DNA of 64,000 nucleotides. Origin: the human T2T-CHM13v2.0 reference genome, Homo sapiens. The DNA is taken from assembly GCF_009914755.1 (NCBI RefSeq), contig NC_060939.1; one strand, 5' to 3'. Both the position numbers and the translations under genes were made by a program. Below the pieces are notes generated by a model. The model was not told the origin of the DNA and did not search any database. It saw only the letters and a list, made by a program, of their open reading frames with translations. Of this stretch, positions 40,501-55,500 are shown piece by piece; position 1 is the stretch's first letter, and the number at the start of each line of letters is the position of its first letter.

Positions 40501-43500
40501 TATTATTCCATTACACTCCATTCCATTCTATTACTTTCATTTCCATTCAATTCCATTCCATTTGATTCCATTCCACTCGGTTTCATTCCATTTGAGTCCA
40601 CTCCATTCCATTCCATTCCATTCCATTCAGTTCCATTCCATTCTGTTCCATTCCATTCCGTTCCATTGCATTCCATTCCATTCGGTACCATTCCATATTG
40701 TTCCATTCGATTCCATTCGAATCCATTCCATTCCAGTCCATTCCATTCGATTCCATTCCATTCCTTTCAATTCCATTCCATTCCATTCCATTCCACTTGA
40801 TTCCACTCCATTCCCTTCCACTGCATTCCATTCGATTCCATTCCATTGCATTGCATTCCATTCCATTGGACTGCATTCCATTCGATTCCATTCCATTCGA
40901 ATCAATTACATAGCAATCCATTACATTCGAGTCTATTCTATTCCGTTCCATTCGATTTCGTTCCAATCCATTCGATTCCATTCCATTCGATTCCATTCCA
41001 TACTATTGCATTCCATTCGATTACATTATATTCGAATAAGTTCCATTCAAGACCATTTCTTTTGAGTCCATTCTATTTGAGTCCATTCCCTTTGATTCCA
41101 TAACATTTGAGTCCATTCAATTCCATTCCTTTCGTTTCCATTCCATTTGATGCCATTCCATTCAATTCTGTTCTACTCGACTCCAATACATTCAATTCCA
41201 TTCCATCCGATTCCATTACATTCTTTTCATTTCTTATCCATTTCAAGCCATTCCACTCCATTCCATTCCACTCGTTTCCTTTCCATTCGAGTCCATTCCT
41301 CTCCAGTCCATTCCGTTCAATCCATTCCATTCCAGTCCATTCCATTCGAGTCCGTTCCATTCCAGTCCAATCCATTCGAGTCAATTCCATCCCATTCGAT
41401 GTCTTTCCATAACGATCCATTCCATTCTATTCCTTTCGATTCCATTCCATTCTATTTCATTCCATTCGATTCCCTTCCATTGGACTCCTTTCCATTCGAG
41501 TGCATTCCATTCCGTTCCATTTCTTTCCGTTCTGTACGATTCCTACCGTTCGATTTCATTTTGTTCCAGTCCATTCCTTTCGCGTCCATTCCATTCCATT
41601 TCACTCCATTCGATTCCATTCCACTCGATTCCACTTCGTTCCTTTTCATTGCATTCCATTCTATTCAACTCTATTGCCTTCCATTCCATTCCATTCGATT
41701 ACATTCCATGCGATTCCATTCGAAATCGAATCAATTACATTGCAATCCATTACTATTGAGTCCATTTTATTCCAGTCCACTGCATTCTGGTCCATTCCAT
41801 TTGATTCCATTCCATTCTATTCCATTCCATACAGTTGCATTCCATTGGATTCCATTCTATATCTATAAATTCAATTCGAGACCATTGCTTTTGAATCCAT
41901 TCTATATGATTCCATTCCATTCAAGTCCATTACATTTGGTTCAATTCCATTCCATTCCATTCCCTTCCATTCCATTCCAGTTGATATCAATCCATTCGAT
42001 TCCATTCCATTCGAGCACATTCCATTCGAGTCCATTCCATTCGATGCCATTCCATTTGATTCTATTCCATTAGTCTCCATTCAATTCCATTAATCTCCAT
42101 TCCATTCCACTCTACTCCAACTGATTCCATTCCATTCTATTCCTTTCCATTCCATTTCATTCCATTCCATTCCATTCCATTCCATTCCATTCGCTTCCAT
42201 TCCATTCGTGTCCATTCCACTCCAGTCCATTCCATTCGTGTCCATTCCATTCCAGTCCATTCCATTTGTGTCCACTGCATTCCATTCCACTCCATTCCAT
42301 ATTATTCCATTACACTCCATTCCATTCTATTACTTTCATTTCCATTCAATTCCGTTCCATTTGATTCCATTCCACTCGGTTTCGTTCCATTTGAGTCCAC
42401 TCCATTCCATTCCATTCCATTCCATTCAGTTCCATTCCATTCTGTTCCATTCCATTCCGTTCCATTGCATTCCATTGCATTCGGTACCATTCCATATTGT
42501 TCCATTCGATTCCATTCGAATCCATTCCATTCCAGTCCATTCCATTCGATTCCATTCCATTCCTTTCAATTCCATTCCATTCCATTCCATTCCACTTGAT
42601 TCCACTCCATTCCCTTCCACTGCATTCCATTCGATTCCATTCCATTGCATTGCATTCCATTCCATTGGACTGCATTCCATTCGATTCCATTCCATTCGAA
42701 TCAATTACATAGCAATCCATTACATTCGGGTCTATTCTATTCCGTTCCATTTGATTTCATTCCAATCCATTCGATTCCATTCCATACTATTGCATTCCAT
42801 TCTACTACATTATATTCCAATAAGTTCCATTCAAGACCATTTCTTTTGAGTCCATTCTATTTGAGTCCATTCTATTTGAATCCATTCCCTTTGATTCCAT
42901 AACATTTGAGTCCATTCAATTCCATTCCTTTCGTTTCCATTCCATTTGATGCCATTCCATTCAATTCTGTTCTACTCGACTCCAATACATTCAATTCCAT
43001 TCCATCCGATTCCATTACATTCTTTTCATTTCTTATCCATTTCAAGCCATTCCACTCCATTCCATTCCACTCGTTTCCTTTCAATTCGAGTCCATTCCTC
43101 TCCAGTCCATTCCGTTCAATCCATTCCATTCCAGTCCATTCCATTCGAGTCCGTTCCATTCCAGTCCATTCCATTCGAGTCAATTCCATTCCATTCGATG
43201 TCTTTCCATAACGATCCATTCCATTCTATTCCTTTCGATTCCATTCCATTCTATTTCATTCCATTCGATTCCCTTCCATTGGACTCCTTTCCATTCGAGT
43301 GCATTCGATTCCGTTCCATTTCTTTCCGTTCTGTACGATTCCTACCGTTCGATTTCATTTTGTTCCAGTCCATTCCTTTCGCGTCCATTCCATTCCATTT
43401 CACTCCATTCGATTCCATTCCACTCGATTCCACTTCGTTCCATTTCATTGCATTCCATTCTATTCAACTCTATTGCCTTCCATTCCATTCCATTCGATTA

Positions 43501-46500
43501 CATTCCATGCGATTCCATTCGAAATCGAATCAATTACATTGCAATCCATTACTATTGAGTCCGTTTTATTCCAGTCCACTGCATTCTGGTCCATTCCATT
43601 TGATTCCATTCCATTTTATTCCATTCCATACAGTTGCATTCCATTGGATTCCATGCTATATCTATAAATTCAATTCGAGACCATTGCTTTTGAGTCCATT
43701 CTATATGATTCCATTCCATTCAAGTCCATTACATTTGGTTCAATTCCATTCCATTCCATTCCCTTCCATTCCATTCCAGTTGATATCAATCCATTCGATT
43801 CCATTCCATTCGAGCACATTCCATTCGAGTCCATTCCATTCGATGCCATTCCATTTGATTCTATTCCATTAGTCTCCATTCAATTCCATTAATCTCCATT
43901 CCATTCCATTCTACTCCAACTGATTCCATTCCATTCTATTCCTTTCCATTCCATTTCATTCCATTCCATTCCATTTCATTCCATTCCATTCCATTCGCTT
44001 CCATTCCATTCGTGTCCATTCCACTCCAGTCCATTCCATTCGTGTCCATTCCATTCCAGTCCATTCCATTTGTGTCCACTGCATTCCATTCCACTCCATT
44101 CCATATTATTCCATTACACTCCATTCCATTCTATTACTTTCATTTCCATTCAATTCCATTCCATTTGATTCCATTCCACTCGGTTTCATTCCATTTGAGT
44201 CCACTCCATTCCATTCCATTCCATTCCATTCAGTTCCATTCCATTCTGTTCCATTCCATTCCGTTCCATTGCATTCCATTCCATTCGGTACCATTCCATA
44301 TTGTTCCATTCGATTCCATTCGAATCCATTCCATTCCAGTCCATTCCATTCGATTCCATTCCATTCCTTTCAATTCCATTCCATTCCATTCCATTCCACT
44401 TGATTCCACTCCATTCCCTTCCACTGCATTCCATTCGATTCCATTCCATTGCATTGCATTCCATTCCATTGGACTGCATTCCATTCGATTCCATTCCATT
44501 CGAATCAATTACATAGCAATCCATTACATTCGAGTCTATTCTATTCCGTTCCATTCGATTTCGTTCCAATCCATTCGATTCCATTCCATTCGATTCCATT
44601 CCATACTATTGCATTCCATTCGATTACATTATATTCGAATAAGTTCCATTCAAGACCATTTCTTTTGAGTCCATTCTATTTGAGTCCATTCCCTTTGATT
44701 CCATAACATTTGAGTCCATTCAATTCCATTCCTTTCGTTTCCATTCCATTTGATGCCATTCCATTCAATTCTGTTCTACTCGACTCCAATACATTCAATT
44801 CCATTCCATCCGATTCCATTACATTCTTTTCATTTCTTATCCATTTCAAGCCATTCCACTCCATTCCATTCCACTCGTTTCCTTTCCATTCGAGTCCATT
44901 CCTCTCCAGTCCATTCCGTTCAATCCATTCCATTCCAGTCCATTCCATTCGAGTCCGTTCCATTCCAGTCCAATCCATTCGAGTCAATTCCATCCCATTC
45001 GATGTCTTTCCATAACGATCCATTCCATTCTATTCCTTTCGATTCCATTCCATTCTATTTCATTCCATTCGATTCCCTTCCATTGGACTCCTTTCCATTC
45101 GAGTGCATTCCATTCCGTTCCATTTCTTTCCGTTCTGTACGATTCCTACCGTTCGATTTCATTTTGTTCCAGTCCATTCCTTTCGCGTCCATTCCATTCC
45201 ATTTCACTCCATTCGATTCCATTCCACTCGATTCCACTTCGTTCCTTTTCATTGCATTCCATTCTATTCAACTCTATTGCCTTCCATTCCATTCCATTCG
45301 ATTACATTCCATGCGATTCCATTCGAAATCGAATCAATTACATTGCAATCCATTACTATTGAGTCCATTTTATTCCAGTCCACTGCATTCTGGTCCATTC
45401 CATTTGATTCCATTCCATTCTATTCCATTCCATACAGTTGCATTCCATTGGATTCCATTCTATATCTATAAATTCAATTCGAGACCATTGCTTTTGAATC
45501 CATTCTATATGATTCCATTCCATTCAAGTCCATTACATTTGGTTCAATTCCATTCCATTCCATTCCCTTCCATTCCATTCCAGTTGATATCAATCCATTC
45601 GATTCCATTCCATTCGAGCACATTCCATTCGAGTCCATTCCATTCGATGCCATTCCATTTGATTCTATTCCATTAGTCTCCATTCAATTCCATTAATCTC
45701 CATTCCATTCCACTCTACTCCAACTGATTCCATTCCATTCTATTCCTTTCCATTCCATTTCATTCCATTCCATTCCATTCCATTCCATTCCATTCGCTTC
45801 CATTCCATTCGTGTCCATTCCACTCCAGTCCATTCCATTCGTGTCCATTCCATTCCAGTCCATTCCATTTGTGTCCACTGCATTCCATTCCACTCCATTC
45901 CATATTATTCCATTACACTCCATTCCATTCTATTACTTTCATTTCCATTCAATTCCGTTCCATTTGATTCCATTCCACTCGGTTTCGTTCCATTTGAGTC
46001 CACTCCATTCCATTCCATTCCATTCCATTCAGTTCCATTCCATTCTGTTCCATTCCATTCCGTTCCATTGCATTCCATTGCATTCGGTACCATTCCATAT
46101 TGTTCCATTCGATTCCATTCGAATCCATTCCATTCCAGTCCATTCCATTCGATTCCATTCCATTCCTTTCAATTCCATTCCATTCCATTCCATTCCACTT
46201 GATTCCACTCCATTCCCTTCCACTGCATTCCATTCGATTCCATTCCATTGCATTGCATTCCATTCCATTGGACTGCATTCCATTCGATTCCATTCCATTC
46301 GAATCAATTACATAGCAATCCATTACATTCGGGTCTATTCTATTCCGTTCCATTTGATTTCATTCCAATCCATTCGATTCCATTCCATACTATTGCATTC
46401 CATTCTACTACATTATATTCCAATAAGTTCCATTCAAGACCATTTCTTTTGAGTCCATTCTATTTGAGTCCATTCTATTTGAATCCATTCCCTTTGATTC

Positions 46501-49500
46501 CATAACATTTGAGTCCATTCAATTCCATTCCTTTCGTTTCCATTCCATTTGATGCCATTCCATTCAATTCTGTTCTACTCGACTCCAATACATTCAATTC
46601 CATTCCATCCGATTCCATTACATTCTTTTCATTTCTTATCCATTTCAAGCCATTCCACTCCATTCCATTCCACTCGTTTCCTTTCAATTCGAGTCCATTC
46701 CTCTCCAGTCCATTCCGTTCAATCCATTCCATTCCAGTCCATTCCATTCGAGTCCGTTCCATTCCAGTCCATTCCATTCGAGTCAATTCCATTCCATTCG
46801 ATGTCTTTCCATAACGATCCATTCCATTCTATTCCTTTCGATTCCATTCCATTCTATTTCATTCCATTCGATTCCCTTCCATTGGACTCCTTTCCATTCG
46901 AGTGCATTCCATTCCGTTCCATTTCTTTCCGTTCTGTACGATTCCTACCGTTCGATTTCATTTTGTTCCAGTCCATTCCTTTCGCGTCCATTCCATTCCA
47001 TTTCACTCCATTCGATTCCATTCCACTCGATTCCACTTCGTTCCATTTCATTGCATTCCATTCTATTCAACTCTATTGCCTTCCATTCCATTCCATTCGA
47101 TTACATTCCATGCGATTCCATTCGAAATCGAATCAATTACATTGCAATCCATTACTACTGAGTCCGTTTTATTCCAGTCCACTGCATTCTGGTCCATTCC
47201 ATTTGATTCCATTCCATTTTATTCCATTCCATACAGTTGCATTCCATTGGATTCCATGCTATATCTATAAATTCAATTCGAGACCATTGCCTTTGAGTCC
47301 ATTCTATATGATTCCATTCCATTCAAGTCCATTACATTTGGTTCAATTCCATTCCATTCCATTCCCTTCCATTCCATTCCAGTTGATATCAATCCATTCG
47401 ATTCCATTCCATTCGAGCACATTCCATTCGAGTCCATTCCATTTGATGCCATTCCATTTGATTCTATTCCATTAGTCTCCATTCAATTCCATTAATCTCC
47501 ATTCCATTCCATTCTACTCCAACTGATTCCATTCCATTCCATTTCATTCCATTCCATTCCATTTCATTCCATTCCATTCCATTCGCTTCCATTCCATTCG
47601 TGTCCATTCCACTCCAGTCCATTCCATTCGTATCCATTCCATTCCAGTCCATTCCATTTGTGTCCAGTGCATTCCATTCCACTCCATTCCATATTATTCC
47701 ATTACACTCCATTCCATTCTATTACTTTCATTTCCATTCAATTCCATTCCATTTGATTCCATTCCACTCGGTTTCATTCCATTTGAGTCCACTCCATTCC
47801 ATTTCATTCCATTCCATTCAGTTCCATTCCATTCTGTTCCATTCCATTCCGTTCCATTGCATTCCATTCCATTCGGTACCATTCCATATTGTTCCATTCG
47901 ATTCCATTCGAATCCATTCCATTCCAGTCCATTCCATTCGATTCCATTCCATTCCTTTCAATTCCATTCCATTCCATTCCATTCCACTTGATTCCACTCC
48001 ATTCCCTTCCACTGCATTCCATTCGATTCCATTCCATTGCATTGCATTCCATTCCATTGGACTGCATTCCATTCGATTCCATTCCATTCGAATCAATTAC
48101 ATAGCAATCCATTACATTCGAGTCTATTCTATTCCGTTCCATTCGATTTCGTTCCAATCCATTCGATTCCATTCCATTCGATTCCATTCCATACTATTGC
48201 ATTCCATTCGATTACATTATATTCGAATAAGTTCCATTCAAGACCATTTCTTTAGAGTCCATTCTATTTGAGTCCATTCCCTTTGATTCCATAACATTTG
48301 AGTCCATTCAATTCCATTCCTTTCGTTTCCATTCCATTTGATGCCATTCCATTCAATTCTGTTCTACTCGACTCCAATACATTCAATTCCATTCCATCCG
48401 ATTCCATTACATTCTTTTCATTTCTTATCCATTTCAAGCCATTCCACTCCATTCCATTCCACTCGTTTCCTTTCCATTCGAGTCCATTCCTCTCCAGTCC
48501 ATTCCGTTCAATCCATTCCATTCCAGTCCATTCCATTCGAGTCCGTTCCATTCCAGTCCAATCCATTCGAGTCAATTCCATCCCATTCGATGTCTTTCCA
48601 TAACGATCCATTCCATTCTATTCCTTTCGATTCCATTCCATTCTATTTCATTCCATTCGATTCCCTTCCATTGGACTCCTTTCCATTCGAGTGCATTCCA
48701 TTCCGTTCCATTTCTTTCCGTTCTGTACGATTCCTACCGTTCGATTTCATTTTGTTCCAGTCCATTCCTTTCGCGTCCATTCCATTCCATTTCACTCCAT
48801 TCGATTCCATTCCACTCGATTCCACTTCGTTCCATTTCATTGCATTCCATTCTATTCAACTCTATTGCCTTCCATTCCATTCCATTCGATTACATTCCAT
48901 GCGATTCCATTCGAAATCGAATCAATTACATTGCAATCCATTACTATTGAGTCCATTTTATTCCAGTCCACTGCATTCTGGTCCATTCCATTTGATTCCA
49001 TTCCATTCTATTCCATTCCATACAGTTGCATTCCATTGGATTCCATTCTATATCTATAAATTCAATTCGAGACCATTGCTTTTGAATCCATTCTATATGA
49101 TTCCATTCCATTCAAGTCCATTACATTTGGTTCAATTCCATTCCATTCCATTCCCTTCCATTCCATTCCAGTTGATATCAATCCATTCGATTCCATTCCA
49201 TTCGAGCACATTCCATTCGAGTCCATTCCATTCGATGCCATTCCATTTGATTCTATTCCATTAGTCTCCATTCAATTCCATTAATCTCCATTCCATTCCA
49301 CTCTACTCCAACTGATTCCATTCCATTCTATTCCTTTCCATTCCATTTCATTCCATTCCATTCCATTCCATTCCATTCCATTCGCTTCCATTCCATTCGT
49401 GTCCATTCCACTCCAGTCCATTCCATTCGTGTCCATTCCATTCCAGTCCATTCCATTTGTGTCCACTGCATTCCATTCCACTCCATTCCATATTATTCCA

Positions 49501-52500
49501 TTACACTCCATTCCATTCTATTACTTTCATTTCCATTCAATTCCGTTCCATTTGATTCCATTCCACTCGGTTTCGTTCCATTTGAGTCCACTCCATTCCA
49601 TTCCATTCCATTCCATTCAGTTCCATTCCATTCTGTTCCATTCCATTCCGTTCCATTGCATTCCATTCCATTCGGTACCATTCCATATTGTTCCATTCGA
49701 TTCCATTCGAATCCATTCCATTCCAGTCCATTCCATTCGATTCCATTCCATTCCTTTCAATTCCATTCCATTCCATTCCATTCCACTTGATTCCACTCCA
49801 TTCCCTTCCACTGCATTCCATTCGATTCCATTCCATTGCATTGCATTCCATTCCATTGGACTGCATTCCATTCGATTCCATTCCATTCGAATCAATTACA
49901 TAGCAATCCATTACATTCGGGTCTATTCTATTCCGTTCCATTTGATTTCATTCCAATCCATTCGATTCCATTCCATACTATTGCATTCCATTCTACTACA
50001 TTATATTCCAATAAGTTCCATTCAAGACCATTTCTTTTGAGTCCATTCTATTTGAGTCCATTCTATTTGAATGCATTCCCTTTGATTCCATAACATTTGA
50101 GTCCATTCAATTCCATTCCTTTCGTTTCCATTCCATTTGATGCCATTCCATTCAATTCTGTTCTACTCGACTCCAATACATTCAATTCCATTCCATCCGA
50201 TTCCATTACATTCTTTTCATTTCTTATCCATTTCAAGCCATTCCACTCCATTCCATTCCACTCGTTTCCTTTCAATTCGAGTCCATTCCTCTCCAGTCCA
50301 TTCCGTTCAATCCATTCCATTCCAGTCCATTCCATTCGAGTCCGTTCCATTCCAGTCCATTCCATTCGAGTCAATTCCATTCCATTCGATGTCTTTCCAT
50401 AACGATCCATTCCATTCTATTCCTTTCGATTCCATTCCATTCTATTTCATTCCATTCGATTCCCTTCCATTGGACTCCTTTCCATTCGAGTGCATTCGAT
50501 TCCGTTCCATTTCTTTCCGTTCTGTACGATTCCTACCGTTCGATTTCATTTTGTTCCAGTCCATTCCTTTCGCGTCCATTCCATTCCATTTCACTCCATT
50601 CGATTCCATTCCACTCGATTCCACTTCGTTCCATTTCATTGCATTCCATTCTATTCAACTCTATTGCCTTCCATTCCATTCCATTCGATTACATTCCATG
50701 CGATTCCATTCGAAATCGAATCAATTACATTGCAATCCATTACTATTGAGTCCGTTTTATTCCAGTCCACTGCATTCTGGTCCATTCCATTTGATTCCAT
50801 TCCATTTTATTCCATTCCATACAGTTGCATTCCATTGGATTCCATGCTATATCTATAAATTCAATTCGAGACCATTGCTTTTGAGTCCATTCTATATGAT
50901 TCCATTCCATTCAAGTCCATTACATTTGGTTCAATTCCATTCCATTCCATTCCCTTCCATTCCATTCCAGTTGATATCAATCCATTCGATTCCATTCCAT
51001 TCGAGCACATTGCATTCGAGTCCATTCCATTCGATGCCATTCCATTTGATTCTATTCCATTAGTCTCCATTCAATTCCATTAATCTCCATTCCATTCCAT
51101 TCTACTCCAACTGATTCCATTCCATTCTATTCCTTTCCATTCCATTTCATTCCATTCCATTCCATTTCATTCCATTCCATTCCATTCGCTTCCATTCCAT
51201 TCGTGTCCATTCCACTCCAGTCCATTCCATTCGTGTCCATTCCATTCCAGTCCATTCCATTTGTGTCCACTGCATTCCATTCCACTCCATTCCATATTAT
51301 TCCATTACACTCCATTCCATTCTATTACTTTCATTTCCATTCAATTCCATTCCATTTGATTCCATTCCACTCGGTTTCATTCCATTTGAGTCCACTCCAT
51401 TCCATTCCATTCCATTCCATTCAGTTCCATTCCATTCTGTTCCATTCCATTCCGTTCCATTGCATTCCATTCCATTCGGTACCATTCCATATTGTTCCAT
51501 TCGATTCCATTCGAATCCATTCCATTCCAGTCCATTCCATTCGATTCCATTCCATTCCTTTCAATTCCATTCCATTCCATTCCATTCCACTTGATTCCAC
51601 TCCATTCCCTTCCACTGCATTCCATTCGATTCCATTCCATTGCATTGCATTCCATTCCATTGGACTGCATTCCATTCGATTCCATTCCATTCGAATCAAT
51701 TACATAGCAATCCATTACATTCGAGTCTATTCTATTCCGTTCCATTCGATTTCGTTCCAATCCATTCGATTCCATTCCATTCGATTCCATTCCATACTAT
51801 TGCATTCCATTCGATTACATTATATTCGAATAAGTTCCATTCAAGACCATTTCTTTTGAGTCCATTCTATTTGAGTCCATTCCCTTTGATTCCATAACAT
51901 TTGAGTCCATTCAATTCCATTCCTTTCGTTTCCATTCCATTTGATGCCATTCCATTCAATTCTGTTCTACTCGACTCCAATACATTCAATTCCATTCCAT
52001 CCGATTCCATTACATTCTTTTCATTTCTTATCCATTTCAAGCCATTCCACTCCATTCCATTCCACTCGTTTCCTTTCCATTCGAGTCCATTCCTCTCCAG
52101 TCCATTCCGTTCAATCCATTCCATTCCAGTCCATTCCATTCGAGTCCGTTCCATTCCAGTCCAATCCATTCGAGTCAATTCCATCCCATTCGATGTCTTT
52201 CCATAACGATCCATTCCATTCTATTCCTTTCGATTCCATTCCATTCTATTTCATTCCATTCGATTCCCTTCCATTGGACTCCTTTCCATTCGAGTGCATT
52301 CCATTCCGTTCCATTTCTTTCCGTTCTGTACGATTCCTACCGTTCGATTTCATTTTGTTCCAGTCCATTCCTTTCGCGTCCATTCCATTCCATTTCACTC
52401 CATTCGATTCCATTCCACTCGATTCCACTTCGTTCCTTTTCATTGCATTCCATTCTATTCAACTCTATTGCCTTCCATTCCATTCCATTCGATTACATTC

Positions 52501-55500
52501 CATGCGATTCCATTCGAAATCGAATCAATTACATTGCAATCCATTACTATTGAGTCCATTTTATTCCAGTCCACTGCATTCTGGTCCATTCCATTTGATT
52601 CCATTCCATTCTATTCCATTCCATACAGTTGCATTCCATTGGATTCCATTCTATATCTATAAATTCAATTCGAGACCATTGCTTTTGAATCCATTCTATA
52701 TGATTCCATTCCATTCAAGTCCATTACATTTGGTTCAATTCCATTCCATTCCATTCCCTTCCATTCCATTCCAGTTGATATCAATCCATTCGATTCCATT
52801 CCATTCGAGCACATTCCATTCGAGTCCATTCCATTCGATGCCATTCCATTTGATTCTATTCCATTAGTCTCCATTCAATTCCATTAATCTCCATTCCATT
52901 CCACTCTACTCCAACTGATTCCATTCCATTCTATTCCTTTCCATTCCATTTCATTCCATTCCATTCCATTCCATTCCATTCCATTCGCTTCCATTCCATT
53001 CGTGTCCATTCCACTCCAGTCCATTCCATTCGTGTCCATTCCATTCCAGTCCATTCCATTTGTGTCCACTGCATTCCATTCCACTCCATTCCATATTATT
53101 CCATTACACTCCATTCCATTCTATTACTTTCATTTCCATTCAATTCCGTTCCATTTGATTCCATTCCACTCGGTTTCGTTCCATTTGAGTCCACTCCATT
53201 CCATTCCATTCCATTCCATTCAGTTCCATTCCATTCTGTTCCATTCCATTCCGTTCCATTGCATTCCATTGCATTCGGTACCATTCCATATTGTTCCATT
53301 CGATTCCATTCGAATCCATTCCATTCCAGTCCATTCCATTCGATTCCATTCCATTCCTTTCAATTCCATTCCATTCCATTCCATTCCACTTGATTCCACT
53401 CCATTCCCTTCCACTGCATTCCATTCGATTCCATTCCATTGCATTGCATTCCATTCCATTGGACTGCATTCCATTCGATTCCATTCCATTCGAATCAATT
53501 ACATAGCAATCCATTACATTCGGGTCTATTCTATTCCGTTCCATTTGATTTCATTCCAATCCATTCGATTCCATTCCATACTATTGCATTCCATTCTACT
53601 ACATTATATTCCAATAAGTTCCATTCAAGACCATTTCTTTTGAGTCCATTCTATTTGAGTCCATTCTATTTGAATCCATTCCCTTTGATTCCATAACATT
53701 TGAGTCCATTCAATTCCATTCCTTTCGTTTCCATTCCATTTGATGCCATTCCATTCAATTCTGTTCTACTCGACTCCAATACATTCAATTCCATTCCATC
53801 CGATTCCATTACATTCTTTTCATTTCTTATCCATTTCAAGCCATTCCACTCCATTCCATTCCACTCGTTTCCTTTCAATTCGAGTCCATTCCTCTCCAGT
53901 CCATTCCGTTCAATCCATTCCATTCCAGTCCATTCCATTCGAGTCCGTTCCATTCCAGTCCATTCCATTCGAGTCAATTCCATTCCATTCGATGTCTTTC
54001 CATAACGATCCATTCCATTCTATTCCTTTCGATTCCATTCCATTCTATTTCATTCCATTCGATTCCCTTCCATTGGACTCCTTTCCATTCGAGTGCATTC
54101 GATTCCGTTCCATTTCTTTCCGTTCTGTACGATTCCTACCGTTCGATTTCATTTTGTTCCAGTCCATTCCTTTCGCGTCCATTCCATTCCATTTCACTCC
54201 ATTCGATTCCATTCCACTCGATTCCACTTCGTTCCATTTCATTGCATTCCATTCTATTCAACTCTATTGCCTTCCATTCCATTCCATTCGATTACATTCC
54301 ATGCGATTCCATTCGAAATCGAATCAATTACATTGCAATCCATTACTATTGAGTCCGTTTTATTCCAGTCCACTGCATTCTGGTCCATTCCATTTGATTC
54401 CATTCCATTTTATTCCATTCCATACAGTTGCATTCCATTGGATTCCATGCTATATCTATAAATTCAATTCGAGACCATTGCTTTTGAGTCCATTCTATAT
54501 GATTCCATTCCATTCAAGTCCATTACATTTGGTTCAATTCCATTCCATTCCATTCCCTTCCATTCCATTCCAGTTGATATCAATCCATTCGATTCCATTC
54601 CATTCGAGCACATTGCATTCGAGTCCATTCCATTCGATGCCATTCCATTTGATTCTATTCCATTAGTCTCCATTCAATTCCATTAATCTCCATTCCATTC
54701 CATTCTACTCCAACTGATTCCATTCCATTCTATTCCTTTCCATTCCATTTCATTCCATTCCATTCCATTTCATTCCATTCCATTCCATTCGCTTCCATTC
54801 CATTCGTGTCCATTCCACTCCAGTCCATTCCATTCGTGTCCATTCCATTCCAGTCCATTCCATTTGTGTCCACTGCATTCCATTCCACTCCATTCCATAT
54901 TATTCCATTACACTCCATTCCATTCTATTACTTTCATTTCCATTCAATTCCATTCCATTTGATTCCATTCCACTCGGTTTCATTCCATTTGAGTCCACTC
55001 CATTCCATTCCATTCCATTCCATTCAGTTCCATTCCATTCTGTTCCATTCCATTCCGTTCCATTGCATTCCATTCCATTCGGTACCATTCCATATTGTTC
55101 CATTCGATTCCATTCGAATCCATTCCATTCCAGTCCATTCCATTCGATTCCATTCCATTCCTTTCAATTCCATTCCATTCCATTCCATTCCACTTGATTC
55201 CACTCCATTCCCTTCCACTGCATTCCATTCGATTCCATTCCATTGCATTGCATTCCATTCCATTGGACTGCATTCCATTCGATTCCATTCCATTCGAATC
55301 AATTACATAGCAATCCATTACATTCGAGTCTATTCTATTCCGTTCCATTCGATTTCGTTCCAATCCATTCGATTCCATTCCATTCGATTCCATTCCATAC
55401 TATTGCATTCCATTCGATTACATTATATTCGAATAAGTTCCATTCAAGACCATTTCTTTTGAGTCCATTCTATTTGAGTCCATTCCCTTTGATTCCATAA